Origin: Ranitomeya imitator
Taxonomy: Eukaryota
Length of the DNA stretch: 64,000 nucleotides
Reading direction: 5' to 3'
Assembly (NCBI RefSeq): GCF_032444005.1
Contig: NC_091282.1
Location: 663,462,001 to 663,526,000, forward strand
Numbering within the stretch: position 1 is the first letter of the stretch; each line of letters begins with the position of its first letter. Below the pieces are notes generated by a model. That model worked only from the letters and a program-made list of their open reading frames with translations. It was not told the origin of the DNA and did no database searches. Shown in pieces: positions 45,568 through 59,149 of the stretch. Position numbers and translations under genes: made by a program.

Positions 45568-48350
45568 AACACAGGTAACTGCAGATCTTTCCTCTCTCCC
45601 CAAGCACTATTGGCCCTATGCAGACGTGTTCTCCAAAGGGGCTGCGGAGACCCTTCCGCCTCACCGCCCCTATGACTGTCCTATTGACCTCTTGCCTGGT
45701 GCTGAGCCTCCCCGGGGTCGAGTCTATCCGTTATCTCTCCCGGAGACGAAGGCAATGTCTCAGTACATCCAAGAGAATCTGGCAAGAGGATTCATTAGGA
45801 AGTCAGTGTCACCTGCAGGGGCTGGGTTCTTCTTTGTACAGAAGAAGACTGGAGACTTACGTCCATGCATAGACTACAGGGGTCTTAACGCCATCACCGT
45901 TATGAACAAGTACCCATTACCCCTGATATCTGAGCTTTTTGATAGGCTACGGGGAGCAAGGGTATTTACAAAATTAGATCTGCGGGGTGCTTACAACCTG
46001 ATTCGCTTCCGTGAGGGGGACGAATGGAAGACGGCTTTTAACACCAAGGATGGGCATTATGAATAGCTGGTGATGCACTTCGGGCTCTGTAATGCCCCAG
46101 CCGTTTTCCAAGACTTTGTGAACGATATCTTCCGGGATATGCTCACCACCTCGGTCGTAGTCTATCTGGATGATATTCTCATCTACTCTCCAGATATTGA
46201 CTCCCATCGGAGAGATGTTCACAAAGTCATCGACCTCTTTCGTGCAAACTCCCTCTACGCCAAGTTGGAGAAGTGTGTGTTTGAGCAGGAGTCCTTGCCT
46301 TTCCTTGGTTATATCATCTCTGCCCAGGGTTTGGCTATGGATCCTGCCAAGCTACAGGCTGTGATGGACTGGCAGGAACCCCATTCACTTAAAGCGGTGT
46401 AGCGCTTTATGGGGTTCATTAATTACTATCGTCAGTTCATCCCACACTTCTCAACTTTGGTAGCTTCCTTGGTTGCCCTCACCAAGAAGGGAGCAAATCC
46501 CAAGTTGTGGTCAGAGGATGTCTCCAAGGCCTGCCTTTCGGTTAAATCACACTTTGCTAGCGCTCTCATTCTACATCGCCCCGATGTAGATAAGCCATTT
46601 ATCATGGAGGTGGATGCCTCATCCGTTGGTGCTGGAGCAGTCCTTTTCCAAAAGGATGCTCAAGGTCGAAAGCATCCTTGCTTCTTCTTCTCTAAGACCT
46701 TCACACTGGCGGAGAGGAATTATTCCATCAGGGAATAATAGGGAGTTGCTAGCCATGAAGTTGGCTTTTTCAGAATGGAGACATCTCTTGGAGAGAGCTC
46801 GCTTTACCTTCCAGGTTTTCACTGACCACAAGGACTTGGTATATTTGCAGACGGCCCAGCGGCTGAATTCTCGCCAGGCTAGATGGTCCCTGTTCTTCTC
46901 CCGGTTTCATTTTACTCTTCATTTTCTCTCCAGGGAGAAGAACATTCGCGCCGACGCTCTCTCCCCCTCCATAGTGTCATCTGAGGAGGAGGAGGAGCCT
47001 CGGCTTATTGTCCCTTCTGAAAGCCTGAGAACTGTAGCTCCGGTTTCGCTAGAGTCTGTGCCCCCGGGCAAGACTTTCGTGCCAGCGAATTTACGACCGG
47101 AGGTTCTCTCTTGGGCTCACTCGTCCAGAGTGGGTGGGCATTTTGGGTCCAAAAGGACATCCGAGCTTTTGGCAAGAACGTATTGGTGGCCACATATGGC
47201 CCGTGATGTCGGGGACTATATTCGGGCATGCGTTTCCTACGCCCAGAATCGGTCTCCTCGGCAACGGCCTGCTGGGTTGCTTTACTCTCTACCGGTGGCA
47301 GACAGGCCCTGGGAAATGGTTGGGATGGACTTCGTGGTGGGCTTACCCAAGTCACGTAGCTGCACCGTTATCTGGGTTGTCACCGACCATTTCTCTAAGA
47401 TGGTGCACTTGGTGCAGCTTCCATGGTTACCTTCTGCACGGGCCTTGGCGGCGTTATTCATTAAGCACATTTTCCGTTTACATGGTATGCCTGATAAAAT
47501 TGTCAGCGATCGGGGTCCCCAGTTCACATCTCAGTTTTGGAGAGAGCTCTGCCGTTTACTCAGCATAGAATTGAACCTCTCCTCTGCATACCATCCCGAG
47601 ACGAATGGGTTGGTGGAGAGGACCAACCAGACTCTGGTGACATACTTGCCACATTTTGTCTCTGCTAGGCAGGATGACTGGGCATCTTTGCTACCTTGGG
47701 CGGAATTTGCCTTGAACAATGTCGTAGCCGATTCCACTGGGCAGACTCCTTTTCTCCTTAATTACGGCCAGCATCCACGTGTCCCTGTGCCCATGCCCGT
47801 GTCATCCACCGATTCTACGGTGGCAGACTGGGCGGTGGAGGTACTTGACATTTGGGACCGCACACAGGATGCCATCCAGGCCTCCAAGGAGAGAATGAGG
47901 GTTTCGGCTGATACACACCGGCGCCCCACTCCGACCTTTGTTCCTGGCGACTTAGTGTGGCTCTCTGCCCGTAACATCAGGCTGCGAGTTGAGTCCACTA
48001 AGTTTGCTCCTCGCTACATTGGCCCGTTCAAGGTTCTGGAACAGGTCAACCCTGTGGTCTACCATTTGGCTATTCCTTGGTATCACCGATACTTTTCACG
48101 TTTCCCTCTTAAAGCCCGTTCATTTGTCCCGGTTTTCTGAGTCATCTGCCGGGACATTGGGTTCATCCACGGATGAGTTTGAGGTGAATGCTATCGTGGG
48201 GTGCAAGGTGGTACGTGGCAAGAATTTTTATCTGGTGGACTGGAAGGGTCACGGTCCAGAGGATAGAACCTGGGAGCCTGTGGAGCACATTCGGGCTCTG
48301 CTGCTCATTGCAGCTTTTGAGCATAGCGGGGCTCAAGGAGGGGGGCCCGG
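45568..48350 (+). pseudogene. pol: Chromovirus pol (RT, RNase H, integrase, chromodomain) with stops and frameshifts
   Basis: [10 protein letters not shown]; YLDDILIYS; EVDASSVGAGAVL; integrase HSSRVGGH, MDFVVGLP, SDRGPQF and ERTNQT; YIGPF; chromodomain FEVNAIVGCKVVRGKNFYLVDWKGHGPEDRTWEP. Confidence 0.93.
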
Positions 48351-49935
48351 GGAGGGGGGGTGATGTTAGGAGGCGAGTTTCCTCTGCTGCACAGGGGGAA
48401 TCTTGATCCGTGTCTGCTGCGGTCTCCCATTCTGCATCGGCCACAGTGGAGCCTGCTTAGCGGAGACGACGGTCCCAGCGCCTCGCTGAGACTGATACTG
48501 TGCAAAGGGTTACTGCTGCCTCTCCAGGCTCTGCTATTGTACCCTGCACTGATCTGCAGCGAGCGGGCTTTTCTGGGACTAAGTCCTGCTTTACACACAC
48601 TTTGCACACACTGAGCATGCCCAGGGTAAGATCTCTCAGTGGAGATCAAGGGTCACATGCTCAGGTACTGCAGCAACTTCCATTGGTCCTTCTTGGAAGG
48701 TCCTGTAGGTGCTAGGACTAAGTCCTGCTTTGCACACACTGAGCATGCCCAGGGCAAGATCTCTCAGTGGAGATCTAGGGTCACATGCTCAGTACTGCAG
48801 CAACTTCCATTTGTCCTTCTAGGAAGGTCCTGTACGTGCTGCAACTATTTAAGGCTCGCATGGCCGCGCTAGTATCTTCCTATGTTATGTGCTTTGCGCC
48901 AGTGTGGTCATGTGTTTGTATGTGTTCAGGGACCCGGCTGAAATAAGCCCCTAGAATGCTGGCACCTCCGGCGAGGAGATTGTGTTTAAGTGTATTCAGG
49001 GACCTGGCTGAAATAAGCCCCTAGAATGCTGGCATCTCCGGCGAGGAGTTTTGTGTGCATGCATGACCACTGACTGCTCTCGTTTGGGTAGTTAGCCTGT
49101 GCCTCTGTGAAAGTCTAACAGGACACAGAGCTTTGCTTTCTTGGCTGCTCTGTGAAGCTAACAGAGCTGGTTCTTACCGCCATATAGTGCCGCCATTTAC
49201 TTAGCAGCAGGTTCTTTCCTGCACGGTGGATACCAGGTTGCGAACGCACCAATCCCATCTAATAAATATATTCGGTGTGTTCCGCCTACCATAACACAAT
49301 ATTTATTTTATTTTTTTTCTTTATCTAGGAATTTAAAAAATATATTTTTACACAGGGTCATTTTTTTTACTTTGTTACATTATCCCAGGGTGGGACATCA
49401 CTATATAGTGTCAGATCGCTGATCTGACACTTTGCAGAGCACTGTGTCAGATCAGTGATCTGACAGCCAGTGCAGGAGACTTGCCGGCTCCTGCTCTCAG
49501 CAGGCGCTCGCAAGCCACCTCACTGCAGGACCCAGAAGGACCCCCGTGGACATCCTGGATCCAGGGCCTGCAGGGAGGAGGATGGAGGAGACCCTCGGAA
49601 CAACGCGATCACATCGCGTTGATCTGAGGGTGTCAGGGAAGCACGCAGGGAGACCCCTCCCTGCGCGATGCTTTCCTATGTCACCGGAACGCTGAGATCA
49701 TGTTTGATCGCAGAGTTCTGGGGATGAATGTGCCGGGAGTAGTCCGTGACCGCTCCTGGCACATAGTGTCGGATGTCAGCTGTGAAAATCAGCTGACACC
49801 CGGCCGCGATTGGCCGCGCTCCCCCCGTGAGCGTGGCTGATCGCATATGCCGTACTATCCCGTCAATGGTCATACGGGCCCGGGTCACCTCGATGGGATA
49901 GTACGTCAGATGTCAGAAAGGGGTTAATATATATA

Positions 49936-50230
49936 CAGTGGGTACAGAAAGTATTCAGACCCCTTTAAATTTTTCACTCTGTTTCATTTCAGCCATTTGG
50001 TAAATTCAAAAAACTTCATTTTTTTCACATTAATGTACACTCTGCTCCCCATATTGACTGAAAAAACAGAAATGTAGTAATTTTTGCACATTTCGTAAAA
50101 AAGAAAAACTGAAATATAACATGGTCATAAGTATTCAGACTCTTTGCGCAGACACTCATTTTTAAGTCACATGCTGTCCACTTCCTTGTAATCCTCCTTG
50201 AGATGGTTCTACTCCTTCATTGGAGTCCAC
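49936..50230 (+). mobile_element. Tc1 left-end fragment
   Basis: TA|CAGTGGGTACAGAAAGTATTCAGACC terminus, with the AAGTATTCAGAC direct repeat again near 50130. Confidence 0.72.
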
Positions 50231-50275
50231 TGTCTCTGGGGATACGCTGCTGCAAGAGATTGTTCTGATAAGTAC

Positions 50276-53200
50276 TGTAGCAATATGTTATATGTTCATG
50301 TGGCCTCTAGGGGTCTCACTACTTTTATGTGTGTTCTATATTCTTTGTTTGGAACTTGTTGGATGTTGTTGTACTAGGATTTTCATGTAATGGAGGTTGA
50401 GACATGATGTGAATAAAGAGCCTGGAGATACTCACAGAGTGTGATTTATGACAGGATTCATCAAACAGAACATGGTGGCAGCCGGGCACAGAACCTGCAA
50501 ATTCTTAGAGCTTATATGAGGCTGGAACTGCACAGATCACTGCAACTGTAAGTACAGATTCCTTGACAGTACAGAAAAAATGGAGACTGGTCTGAAGCCC
50601 CCTCAGAGACTGGATGTCACTTCATGTAATCTGTCCCAGACTTGGAGACATTGGAAGGAAGAGTTTACACTGTATGTGGATCTGACTGTGGGCCCCACTG
50701 ATGACAAACGGAAAGTAAAGCTGTTTTATTACCTAATTGGGGAAAATGGCAGAGAATTAGCCCACACCTTGCTCCCAGACACAGACAACCTCCTCCTAGC
50801 AGATATTGTGCAGGCATTTGATAAACACTGTGACCCAAAGAAGAATGAGACAGTGGAAAGATATAAGTTTTTCACAAGACATCAGGAGGATGGTGAAAAT
50901 GTGGACAGATATCTGACAGAGCTGAGGAGACTTGCAGAAACATGTGGCTTTGGAGAGATCAGGGACAGTCTAATCAAGGACAGAATGGTGTGTGGCATAA
51001 AGGACAGTCATCTCAAAGAAAGATTACTGAGAGAGGAAGGCATGACTTTAGAGAAATGTATGCAAATCTGCATGGCTGCTGAGCTCACAAAGCACAGCCT
51101 GAAGATGATGGCAGGCACCAGTGAGAATGATGATGACAAGGTACATGCAGTATCTATGAAAGGAAAGACAGGACCAGACTACCCTATAAACACTGTCCAC
51201 TGCAAGTATTGTGGGAAAAGACATGAGAGAGACAAAACCAAGTGTCCAGCATATGGGGAAACCTGCAGGTCATGTGGCAAGAAGAATCATTCCTCTGCTG
51301 TCTGTAGGCAAGGAAGAGGCAAACAGTACAGACAGCTCCACACTGTGACACCAGACACTGACAGTGCAGAGGACATTACATGGCTACAAATGCAGTCTAC
51401 AACAGAGAAAGTCAATGTAGTCGGGCAGTCAGTAGTGAAGGATGCCAAGCAGCTTTATGCAACATTCTTGTTGGATGAGAAGCCCATTAGATTTCAGCTG
51501 GATTGTGGAGCAAGCTGCAATGTAATTTCATTTGATCTGCTAAACAAACAGGTTTCTATTGAGCCAACTGACAAGGTACTGGTGATGTACAACAAAAGTG
51601 TTCTGAAACCAATGGGGACATGTAAGCTAAAAATACGAAACCCATGTAACAGAAAGAGTTATAGAGTTGAATTTACCGTGTTACGGGGTGGTAACCATGT
51701 ACCATTGCTGGGAGTAAAAGCAGTTCAGGCAATGGACTTAATAAAAGTACAGTCTCAGAACATTATGTCTGTTGAAGTTGCCCAGGATATACAAAATCCA
51801 AAACTAAATGCAGAGCACAACTTGGACATGCAGAAAATAAAAGCAGAGTATGCTGATGTATTTGAAGGTGATGGATACTTTGAAGGTAAATATAGGCTAG
51901 AAATTGACAACACAGTGCAGCCCACCAGATTACCTACAAGAAGAGTGCCTGTAGCGTTAATGCAACCGCTGAAAGTAGAACTGCAAGATCTACAGAGAAG
52001 AGGCATGATAGCACCAATCCATAAGAGCACAGATTGGATCAGCAGTTTGGTCATAGTGCAGAAACCATCAGGCAAGTTAAGAATATGTATTGATCCTAAG
52101 CCACTCAACAAGGCGCTGAAACGAAATCATTACCCAATGCCAACATTAGATGATGTTCTACCAGATTTATCAAAGGCTAAAATATTTTCTGTATGTGATG
52201 TAAAAAATGGATTCTGGCATGTGGCCCTGACTGAAGATTCAAGTTTATTGACAACATTTTCTTCACCATTTGGACGCTTTAAATGGCTGAAAATGCCCAT
52301 GGAACTAAAACCTGCTCCAGAGATATTCCAGCAGAAATTGATGCAGGCTTTGGAAGGACTTACTGGAGTGAAGACAATAGCGGATGATATCCTAGTAGTG
52401 GGAGAAGGTGAAAATATGGAATCTGCAATCAAGGATCACGATCAGAAGATGATACAATTTTTGGACAGATGCAGAGAAAAAAACATAAAGCTGAATTTGG
52501 ACAAATTCAAATTGAAAATGACAGAAGTGGCCTATATTGGTCATCGACTGACTTCAACTGGGGTCAAAGTGGATCCTGAAAAGGTGAGCGCAATACAAGA
52601 TTTGCCTACCCCGACTGATGTTTCTGGAGTACAACGATTTTTGGGCATGGTGAATTATCTCTCAAAATTTTGCAGCCATCTGTCAGACATGTGTGAGCCA
52701 CTGAGACAGCTAACCCACAAAGATGTGCGCTGGGAATGGACAGAAAGCCAGGAGATGGCTTTCCGAGCAGTAAAGAATGCCATTGCAGATACAGCAACCC
52801 TAAAGTATTTCGATCCAGATCGAGAAGTGGTGGTACAATGTGATGCTTCGGAAAAAGGCCTTGGAGCCACATTAATGCAGAACAAACAGCCAATTACATT
52901 TGCAAGCAGAGCCCTTACAACAACAGAGCAGGGATATGCGCAGATTGAGAAGGAACTACTGGCTGTGGTATTTGGGATGGAGAAGTTTCACCAGTACACC
53001 TACGGTCGACGGGTAATAGTGCAGTCGGATCACAAACCATTGGAGAGCATTACAAAGAAACCATTACTAAATGCCCCAAAGAGACTACAGCGCATGCTGT
53101 TGCGACTTCAGAAATATGATGTTGACATCGGGTACTGTCCAGGAAGAGACTTACTGATTGCAGATACGCTAAGCAGAGCTTACCTTCCTATCACAAATGA

Positions 53201-54894
53201 TGAGGAGGAAGACATTGAAACCATCAATATGTGTAACTACCTTGCAGTGTCAAAAGAAAAGGTCAAGCAAATCCAGACTTTTACAGAGAAGGATAAAAGT
53301 CTCCAGAGTTTAAAGACTGTCATCTTGCAGGGCTGGCCAAAATACAAGCAGCATGCTCCGAGGGAAGTCTCACCATTCTTCCACATAAGAGATGAATTGT
53401 CAGTGCAGCAAGGAATCATCTTTAAAGGAGACAGGGCTGTTATACCTGAAGTTCTCAGAAGAGGCATATTGAAGACATTGCACTCTTCTCACTTAGGCAT
53501 GGAAGGATGCCTACGTCGTGCACGAGAATCAGTTTATTGGCCAGGAATGAATGACCACATAAAAAATTACATAGCACAATGTGAAATATGTGCATCCTGC
53601 AATGATAAGCAACCAAAGGAGACATTGCAACCTCATGAAATTCCACATAGGCCTTGGTCAAAAATAGGAACAGACTTGTTCACATGGAATGACAAAGAAT
53701 ACCTGATTACAGTGGACTATTTCTCTAACTTCTGGGAGGTTGATTTGGTGCAGGACACAAGGGCGAGAACAGTGATTAAAAAACTCAAGGCCCATTTTGC
53801 CAGGTATGGCATTCCAGATATCGTTTTCTCTGACAATGCGGCACAGTTTACGTCGGAAGAATTCAAAACTTTCAGTAAGAAATAGGAATTTGAACACCAG
53901 ACGTCTTCTCCAAGATATCCTCAGAGTAATGGGAAAGCAGAGTCAGCAGTAAAAACGGCCAAAAGACTCATGCAGAAAGCAAACCAGGCAGGTGCTGATG
54001 TATATCTGTCTATACTGGATCATAGAAACACACCCACCCAAGGCCTAGACAGCAGTCCGGCACAGAGGCTCATGAGTAGGCGTACAAAGACACTAGTACC
54101 AACTGCGTGTCATCTGTTAGAGCCAAAGCTGCTGGGAAACATTGAAGCTAAATTACAGAAGAATCAAGCTAGGCAAGCTTTCTATTACAATAAATCTGCA
54201 AAGGATCTGCCTGAGCTCCAGAGAAATGACAACATTCGGCTGCAGCCAAGCACCACATTTGACAAACACTGGCAAAAGGCAAAGGTTGTCCAGAAACTGG
54301 GACCTCGGTCTTACGAAATTCTAACAGACGACGGAAAAAGACTAAGGATGAATCGAAGATATTTGAGGAAAACGCAAGAAAGAGATGATTCATGGCCTTT
54401 TGAACAGTATCCAGACACCCAAGACAACGAGGCAGCAAGTACAAGTCAGGCACCAACAGTGACAGCTGACCATCAGGGTGAGGACTCTGGCCAGAGACAG
54501 ACAATATCAGAAGAACTACCAGATGTACCAGATGTAGAAAGTGACACATCTTATATTACCAGAGCTGGCAGAATTAGCAAAAAGCCGGCGCACCTCAAAG
54601 ATTATATCTAACTGGACGTACTAGGTTAATTTCTAACTTTGTCATAGTATACATTAGTTTAGTATCTTTTATTGTTCCTCTAGTTAAAAGAGAAAGGATG
54701 TAGCAATATGTTATATGTTCATGTGGCCTCTAGGGATCTCACTACTTTTATGTGTGTTCTATATTCTTTGTTTGGAACTTGTTGGGTGTTGTTGTACTCG
54801 GATTTCATGTAATGGAGGTTGAGACATGATGTGAATAAAGAGCCTGGAGATACTCACAGAGTGTGATTTATGACAGGATTCATCAAACAGAACA
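50276..54894 (+). mobile_element. Ty3/Gypsy LTR retrotransposon with short LTRs and no chromodomain, nearly intact
   Basis: LTRs 50276-50472 and 54699-54894 differ by 3 substitutions and 1 indel. 5-bp TSD AGTAC. PBS TGGTGGCAGC (50473-50482, tRNA-Leu-like). PPT AAAAGAGAAAGGA. Confidence 0.96.
50580..54611 (+). pseudogene. Single-frame gag-pol, 1343 codons, with one TAG in integrase (53883-53885)
   Basis: Two CCHC-like knuckles (CKYCGKRH..KCP and CRSCGKKNHSSAVC); protease LDCGASCN; RT IADDIL; RNase H CDASEKGLG; integrase HHCC and DDE. ORFs 50580 and 53970 are in the same frame. Confidence 0.95.
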
Positions 54895-55451
54895 AGTACA
54901 ACACTCAGAGCAGGAGACAGGGGCTGACCCATCACTGCCATCATCTGTACTCCAAATCAGTATGTTCTTATATAAAAGCAGTTGAAGTCAGGGAAATAGA
55001 CTAAGAAAAGGCTGGGATTTGGAAACCACTTACAGAAGACAAGTCTCTTAATAAAGTGTTTGTAAAGTTTCATAACTTTCCATGCAGGGCAAAATTGTGA
55101 AAAAAATTTAAGTTACATTTATTTTTCCAGAAAAAGTACTCTGTCCATGGGCTTATTATGGTATTACGACTCAACTATATTTAAACTGGTTTATTAAGAC
55201 TCCACTACATTTATAAGGGGTGGTCCCAAAACTAAACAATGTAGCAATCAGTGAACAATCTGTGGAGTCCTGTGTGTTCAGTACCGCACCCAACTTACAT
55301 GAGGCTGCTTTCAAAATAAATAGCTGATCAGTGTCAGATGCCAGGTGTAGGTACCCTAAACGATCCACCACAACTCTTTGGAGTAAAATCTGTGGTCAAG
55401 TACGATAGTACTCTCATTTTAATCAAATGTAAATCCTTAAGAGCTCCTTCA

Positions 55452-55935
55452 GACAAATGTGTTTTTGCAGACCTCCTTTGATGGAGAACTCACCACCTCT
55501 CATGGTAGCCTGTTCCACTCATTGACCACCCTCATTGTGAAAAGTTTTTTCAAATATCTAATCTGTTTCTTTTCCCTTTCAGTTTCATTCCATTGCTTCT
55601 CGTGTTTCCATGTGCAAATATGAACATTGGTGATCCCTCTACACTGTGACATCCCTTCAGATATTTGTAGACAGCTATTAACCTTCGTCCGGCTGAGTAG
55701 GTACAATTGTAACTATTCCGTTTTAAAGTTGCAATAACTTTTTTTTCCGAAAAGCCGTAGAGGGCTGAAATTTCGTGACATCGCTGCAGTTTTGGTCCAA
55801 AATATATTGGCCAAATTTCAATAAAATATATATGAAGGTACAATTGTACCTCTGCAGCCTGTTAACGTTGTAAAATTATGCAGCCTGACGAAGGTTAAGT
55901 ATCCTCTTAGCCTTCTTTTTTCAAGCTAAACATTG
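55452..55935 (-). mobile_element. CR1 LINE 3' fragment interrupted by a MITE
   Basis: Minus-strand ..AVYKYLKG.., ..HGNTRSNGMKL.. and FTMRVVNEWNRLP, typical of the CR1 ORF2 C-terminus. Confidence 0.78.
55682..55894. mobile_element. 213-bp TTAA-target MITE (piggyBac-like)
   Basis: TTAA|CCTTCGTCCGGCTG ... CAGCCTGACGAAGG|TTAA; 13 of 14 TIR bases match. Confidence 0.85.
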
Positions 55936-56854
55936 ACGGTTCCTCCTAAACACGAAGCTGCGAATGGAGTCAATCATGTTCACAATTTGCAGTCATGGGA
56001 CCCATCTAACCAAACAGTCTGGTCTGAGGCAGTCAACCATTTTAAAGGCTCAAACCCAGAGTATCTAAAGAGCCGCAGTGCCCACCTGTAGGGGCCTTTG
56101 ATGCCATTGTAGGGTTCCATTGCGAGACACCGTATTTCCCCATAGCAGCAATGCTCTCAGGTGAGAAACTGATGTTTGGGACATCTCCCATTGGAAATTA
56201 TCCTCTATAGATTTAATCACATTCTGAAACATGGCGGAGAACATTTCATGCTTTCTTTTATTTCCTGCCCTCAGGTGGGATTTGATGTAGAAGAATGGAT
56301 GATATTGACCGGAGATGATCACTAGATTTGTCAGTGGCGATATGTAGATAAGCCATGCGTTTCTCATTTTTGGAAGTTCAGGCCCCAGCTTGACTGCACT
56401 CCCCAGCCTGAACTTTGTTCTCCAGAGGGATTGCTTAGCTACGGCAAAAAAAAAATACATACCACATTTAGGATGAATGACTTGATGACATTTTCTGAGC
56501 GATAACAGATTCTTGACTCACAATAACTGCATATTTCAGTTTCCCTTTCCAAAGACGGTTTATTTTTCTCATATTTTCTTCTTTCATGTTCAGTAAATGG
56601 CATTAAAAAATCTTTCTGATTCGTGCTTAATGCTCAGGGTTCCCAGAAGTCTGTCATTTTTTTCCAAAAATAACATGCACATTTCCTCTGAGCCACCCAC
56701 CGTGAATATACAACATTATTTACTAACAATTCCTCTTGTTTTAAGGGGAACTTTTTGGAAACTTTCATAAAGATACTAGAAAAAAAATCTTTGAAAAGCA
56801 GCTGTTTTCTACCAAACTCCAGTGTTGGACTTTTAAAGTTTCTTTGTGGTATTG

Positions 56855-57662
56855 TGTGGTGCTCCTGAGGGTCCAGTCACCACAGAAGTACTGCACCTCA
56901 GCCAGAGGTGTTGTATCCCACTCTCAGATGAGGAGTGGGCACTACCTGGTACCCGCACTCTAGCATCCAACACCACACCTCTTAAAGCTAGTGGATTTGT
57001 GCTGACCCGGAGGCTGTGGTGTCTGTATGTGCCACAGCCAAATCTACACAGATTCTCTAAAAAGGCAGCACATAGGGTCAAAGGGACCAAGAGGACGTCA
57101 CTCGACAGGACCTGAGGCTGCTGCTTTGGAACACTATGTGTAAGGCGCAGGGCAGGAGAGTGTGAGCCAGTGCAGAGAGAGACTACCAGGGACCAGGTAC
57201 ACAAGAAGGGGGTCCTGGAAAAGTGCACCCCAAATTACCTGAGAGCTGGCTGGACCACGGACCCAGAGGACACAGTACCTGGCTGGTTACTGTAACCTAC
57301 AAACTGTGAGTAAAGTGTGAAGACTGCACCCTGCTGTGTCCTCAGAATTATTTACTGCGTCACCTGCCCAGTACTACAACAGTTACCATCTTTAACCCTA
57401 TATCTGCCCTGGGGCCCCGTTCTACCCGTGGAAAGTTGAAACATCTTTGCTGCGTCACCATCGGCCCCAGTGGACCTGAACTGCAGCGTCAGCCATTCCT
57501 TGCCGAACACCACTGGTGGCGTCACAAATCAATCCCATAAAATTTTTCCCCTTGCATTTTTATTGCACGACCAGGGTCACGGAGTCAGGTCAGGGCCCCC
57601 TGACTTCCCCAAAGAACTGTCTGAGCCGGTTCTGAGTACCCCCTGCCCTGGTGGGCATCGCA
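56855..57662 (+). mobile_element. Probable solo LTR (~808 bp)
   Basis: TGTGGTGCTCC...GGGCATCGCA termini; near-TSD ATTG/TTTG. Confidence 0.6.
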
Positions 57663-59149
57663 TTTGTGCTCAGCTCCATTCATGGCACTAAAGGTAAACC
57701 TCATGGCCTAACTCATCGCAAGGATGGGCATGACATTGTACAACCACGTACCGTACACTTACAGCAAGTTGTCATGGAAGATGTAGGAAGCGGGCTCAGG
57801 AGCTGAGCCCGTGCCAAAAACAGTACATACCGGCTGTATTATACTGTAACAGTAGCAGCCAAACTTTTGCTCCAATTTCAGGGTTGCTGCCAATCTCTGA
57901 CTGCGGCACTAAAATGACATAATTGCCAGTGAGCGTATGCACTGTCTCCCAAGAGTCCTATAGCAGCCCGAAAGAGCATGATACGGCCAGTCTTTCCACT
58001 GTGCTATGTAATTTTGGTTTACATTGTGTCTTTTCCCATGTCTGTCCTGTATTGAGTCCCCTTTGTCTAGCTTTGGTTCAGATCGTTCCCTTGGGTACCA
58101 CCGCAGTGACTCCAGAGGTGCCTTGATGTTGGCAGTTGGTGACGATAGCCACCAGTTCATGTGCCAAGAAAGATGTGTGAAGAGACTCTCAGTAACATCC
58201 CTGCGCTCAAGAGAAAAGCGAGAAAATGGGGAGAGCCCCTATGAAGATATAGAAGAGTAACATGGAAAGAAGAGTCCGACAGCAAAGCCTATAAGTCTAA
58301 CAGGAAGTGTCATATGGCTGAAGCCATGTATATTGTAGAAAGTCACTCCGCAACCCAAGAGCAAGTGATGGCAACCCAAACACCTTTTGCCTTCGATAAC
58401 AAGGACAGCTCAGTTAAGTAAAACACCCTTTCTGGCAGTGGGTCATTTAGGCTCCCCTGCCTGTAGCCCCGAGAACTTGTGCTGAAAAACTGAAATCTGT
58501 TGATAAAAATGAATGACTGCACTTGTCAAGTAAATTTGGTCATAATCATAACAAATGGATGGTAACTTGGAACATGGGACCTGAATGTGTTGACCCACAC
58601 CAAGATGGCAACATTCTCTATGAAGGCTTAGCCAAAAGACTCTTCAAAGCTTGTGCCATCTTAACCCGTAAAGTGTCTTCAATAGAGATGAGGGGATTTA
58701 TTTCAGTGGAACTGAACTCTCCTCGAATTTTACAAAAATCTGCGTTCTCCAGAATATGAATCTTTTTTCAATTTGCCCTTCACAATCTCAGCCAGCTGCA
58801 GTCCCCTACTATCCCCTTCCCTGTTGAGCTCATTCTCTTCAGTCTGCTTCACTTCCGGTGAGGTTTTCCTGCCCATCCAGGCCTCTGATGTGTCTGTGCA
58901 CCATGTCACTCAAGTAACATGACAAGCAGTAACCTTCGAGGCCCAGTTGATTTGGATGACCTTACCTAGAGTGAAGAGGCTGAAGAGAAAGCACAGATAG
59001 GGGAAGGGGAATAGAAGAAACACGGAGGATCGGACTGCAGGCTGCGTAAAGGCTGGACAATTGAGAGTGTAGGTGACTGTTCTCTCTTTTTTTTCCTTAC
59101 ATCCTACATTTATTATTCTTTATCATCTTGAGAGAACATATCATCTTGA

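Larger units (their letters stand above)
42504..49296 (+). mobile_element. Ty3/Gypsy chromovirus (Tf1/sushi group), full length but defective
   Basis: LTRs 42504-43435 and 48364-49296; 5-bp TSD CAATA; PPT GGAGGGGGGG before the 3' LTR; gag-PR-RT-RH-IN-chromodomain order. Confidence 0.96.
40711..49923. mobile_element. Non-autonomous TTAA-target (piggyBac-like) element, ~2.4 kb net, split by the chromovirus
   Basis: TTAA|CTCCTTTACC at 40707-40720 and AGAAAGGGG|TTAA at 49915-49927; internal tandemly repeated blocks; no transposase. Confidence 0.72.

Noticed and set aside
51755-53897. Multiple 68-118-aa minus-strand ORFs
   Set aside because: They are antisense shadows of the Gypsy pol frame
56065-56460. 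131-aa minus-strand ORF and a nearby 69-nt plus-strand AG..GT segment (AFDAIVGFHCETPYFPIAAMLS)
   Set aside because: No recognisable domain, and the next candidate exon stops after three codons; unsupported without homology data
58500-58960. Possible CR1 ORF1 (esterase) remnant on the minus strand
   Set aside because: Only a vague motif resemblance; too degenerate to support
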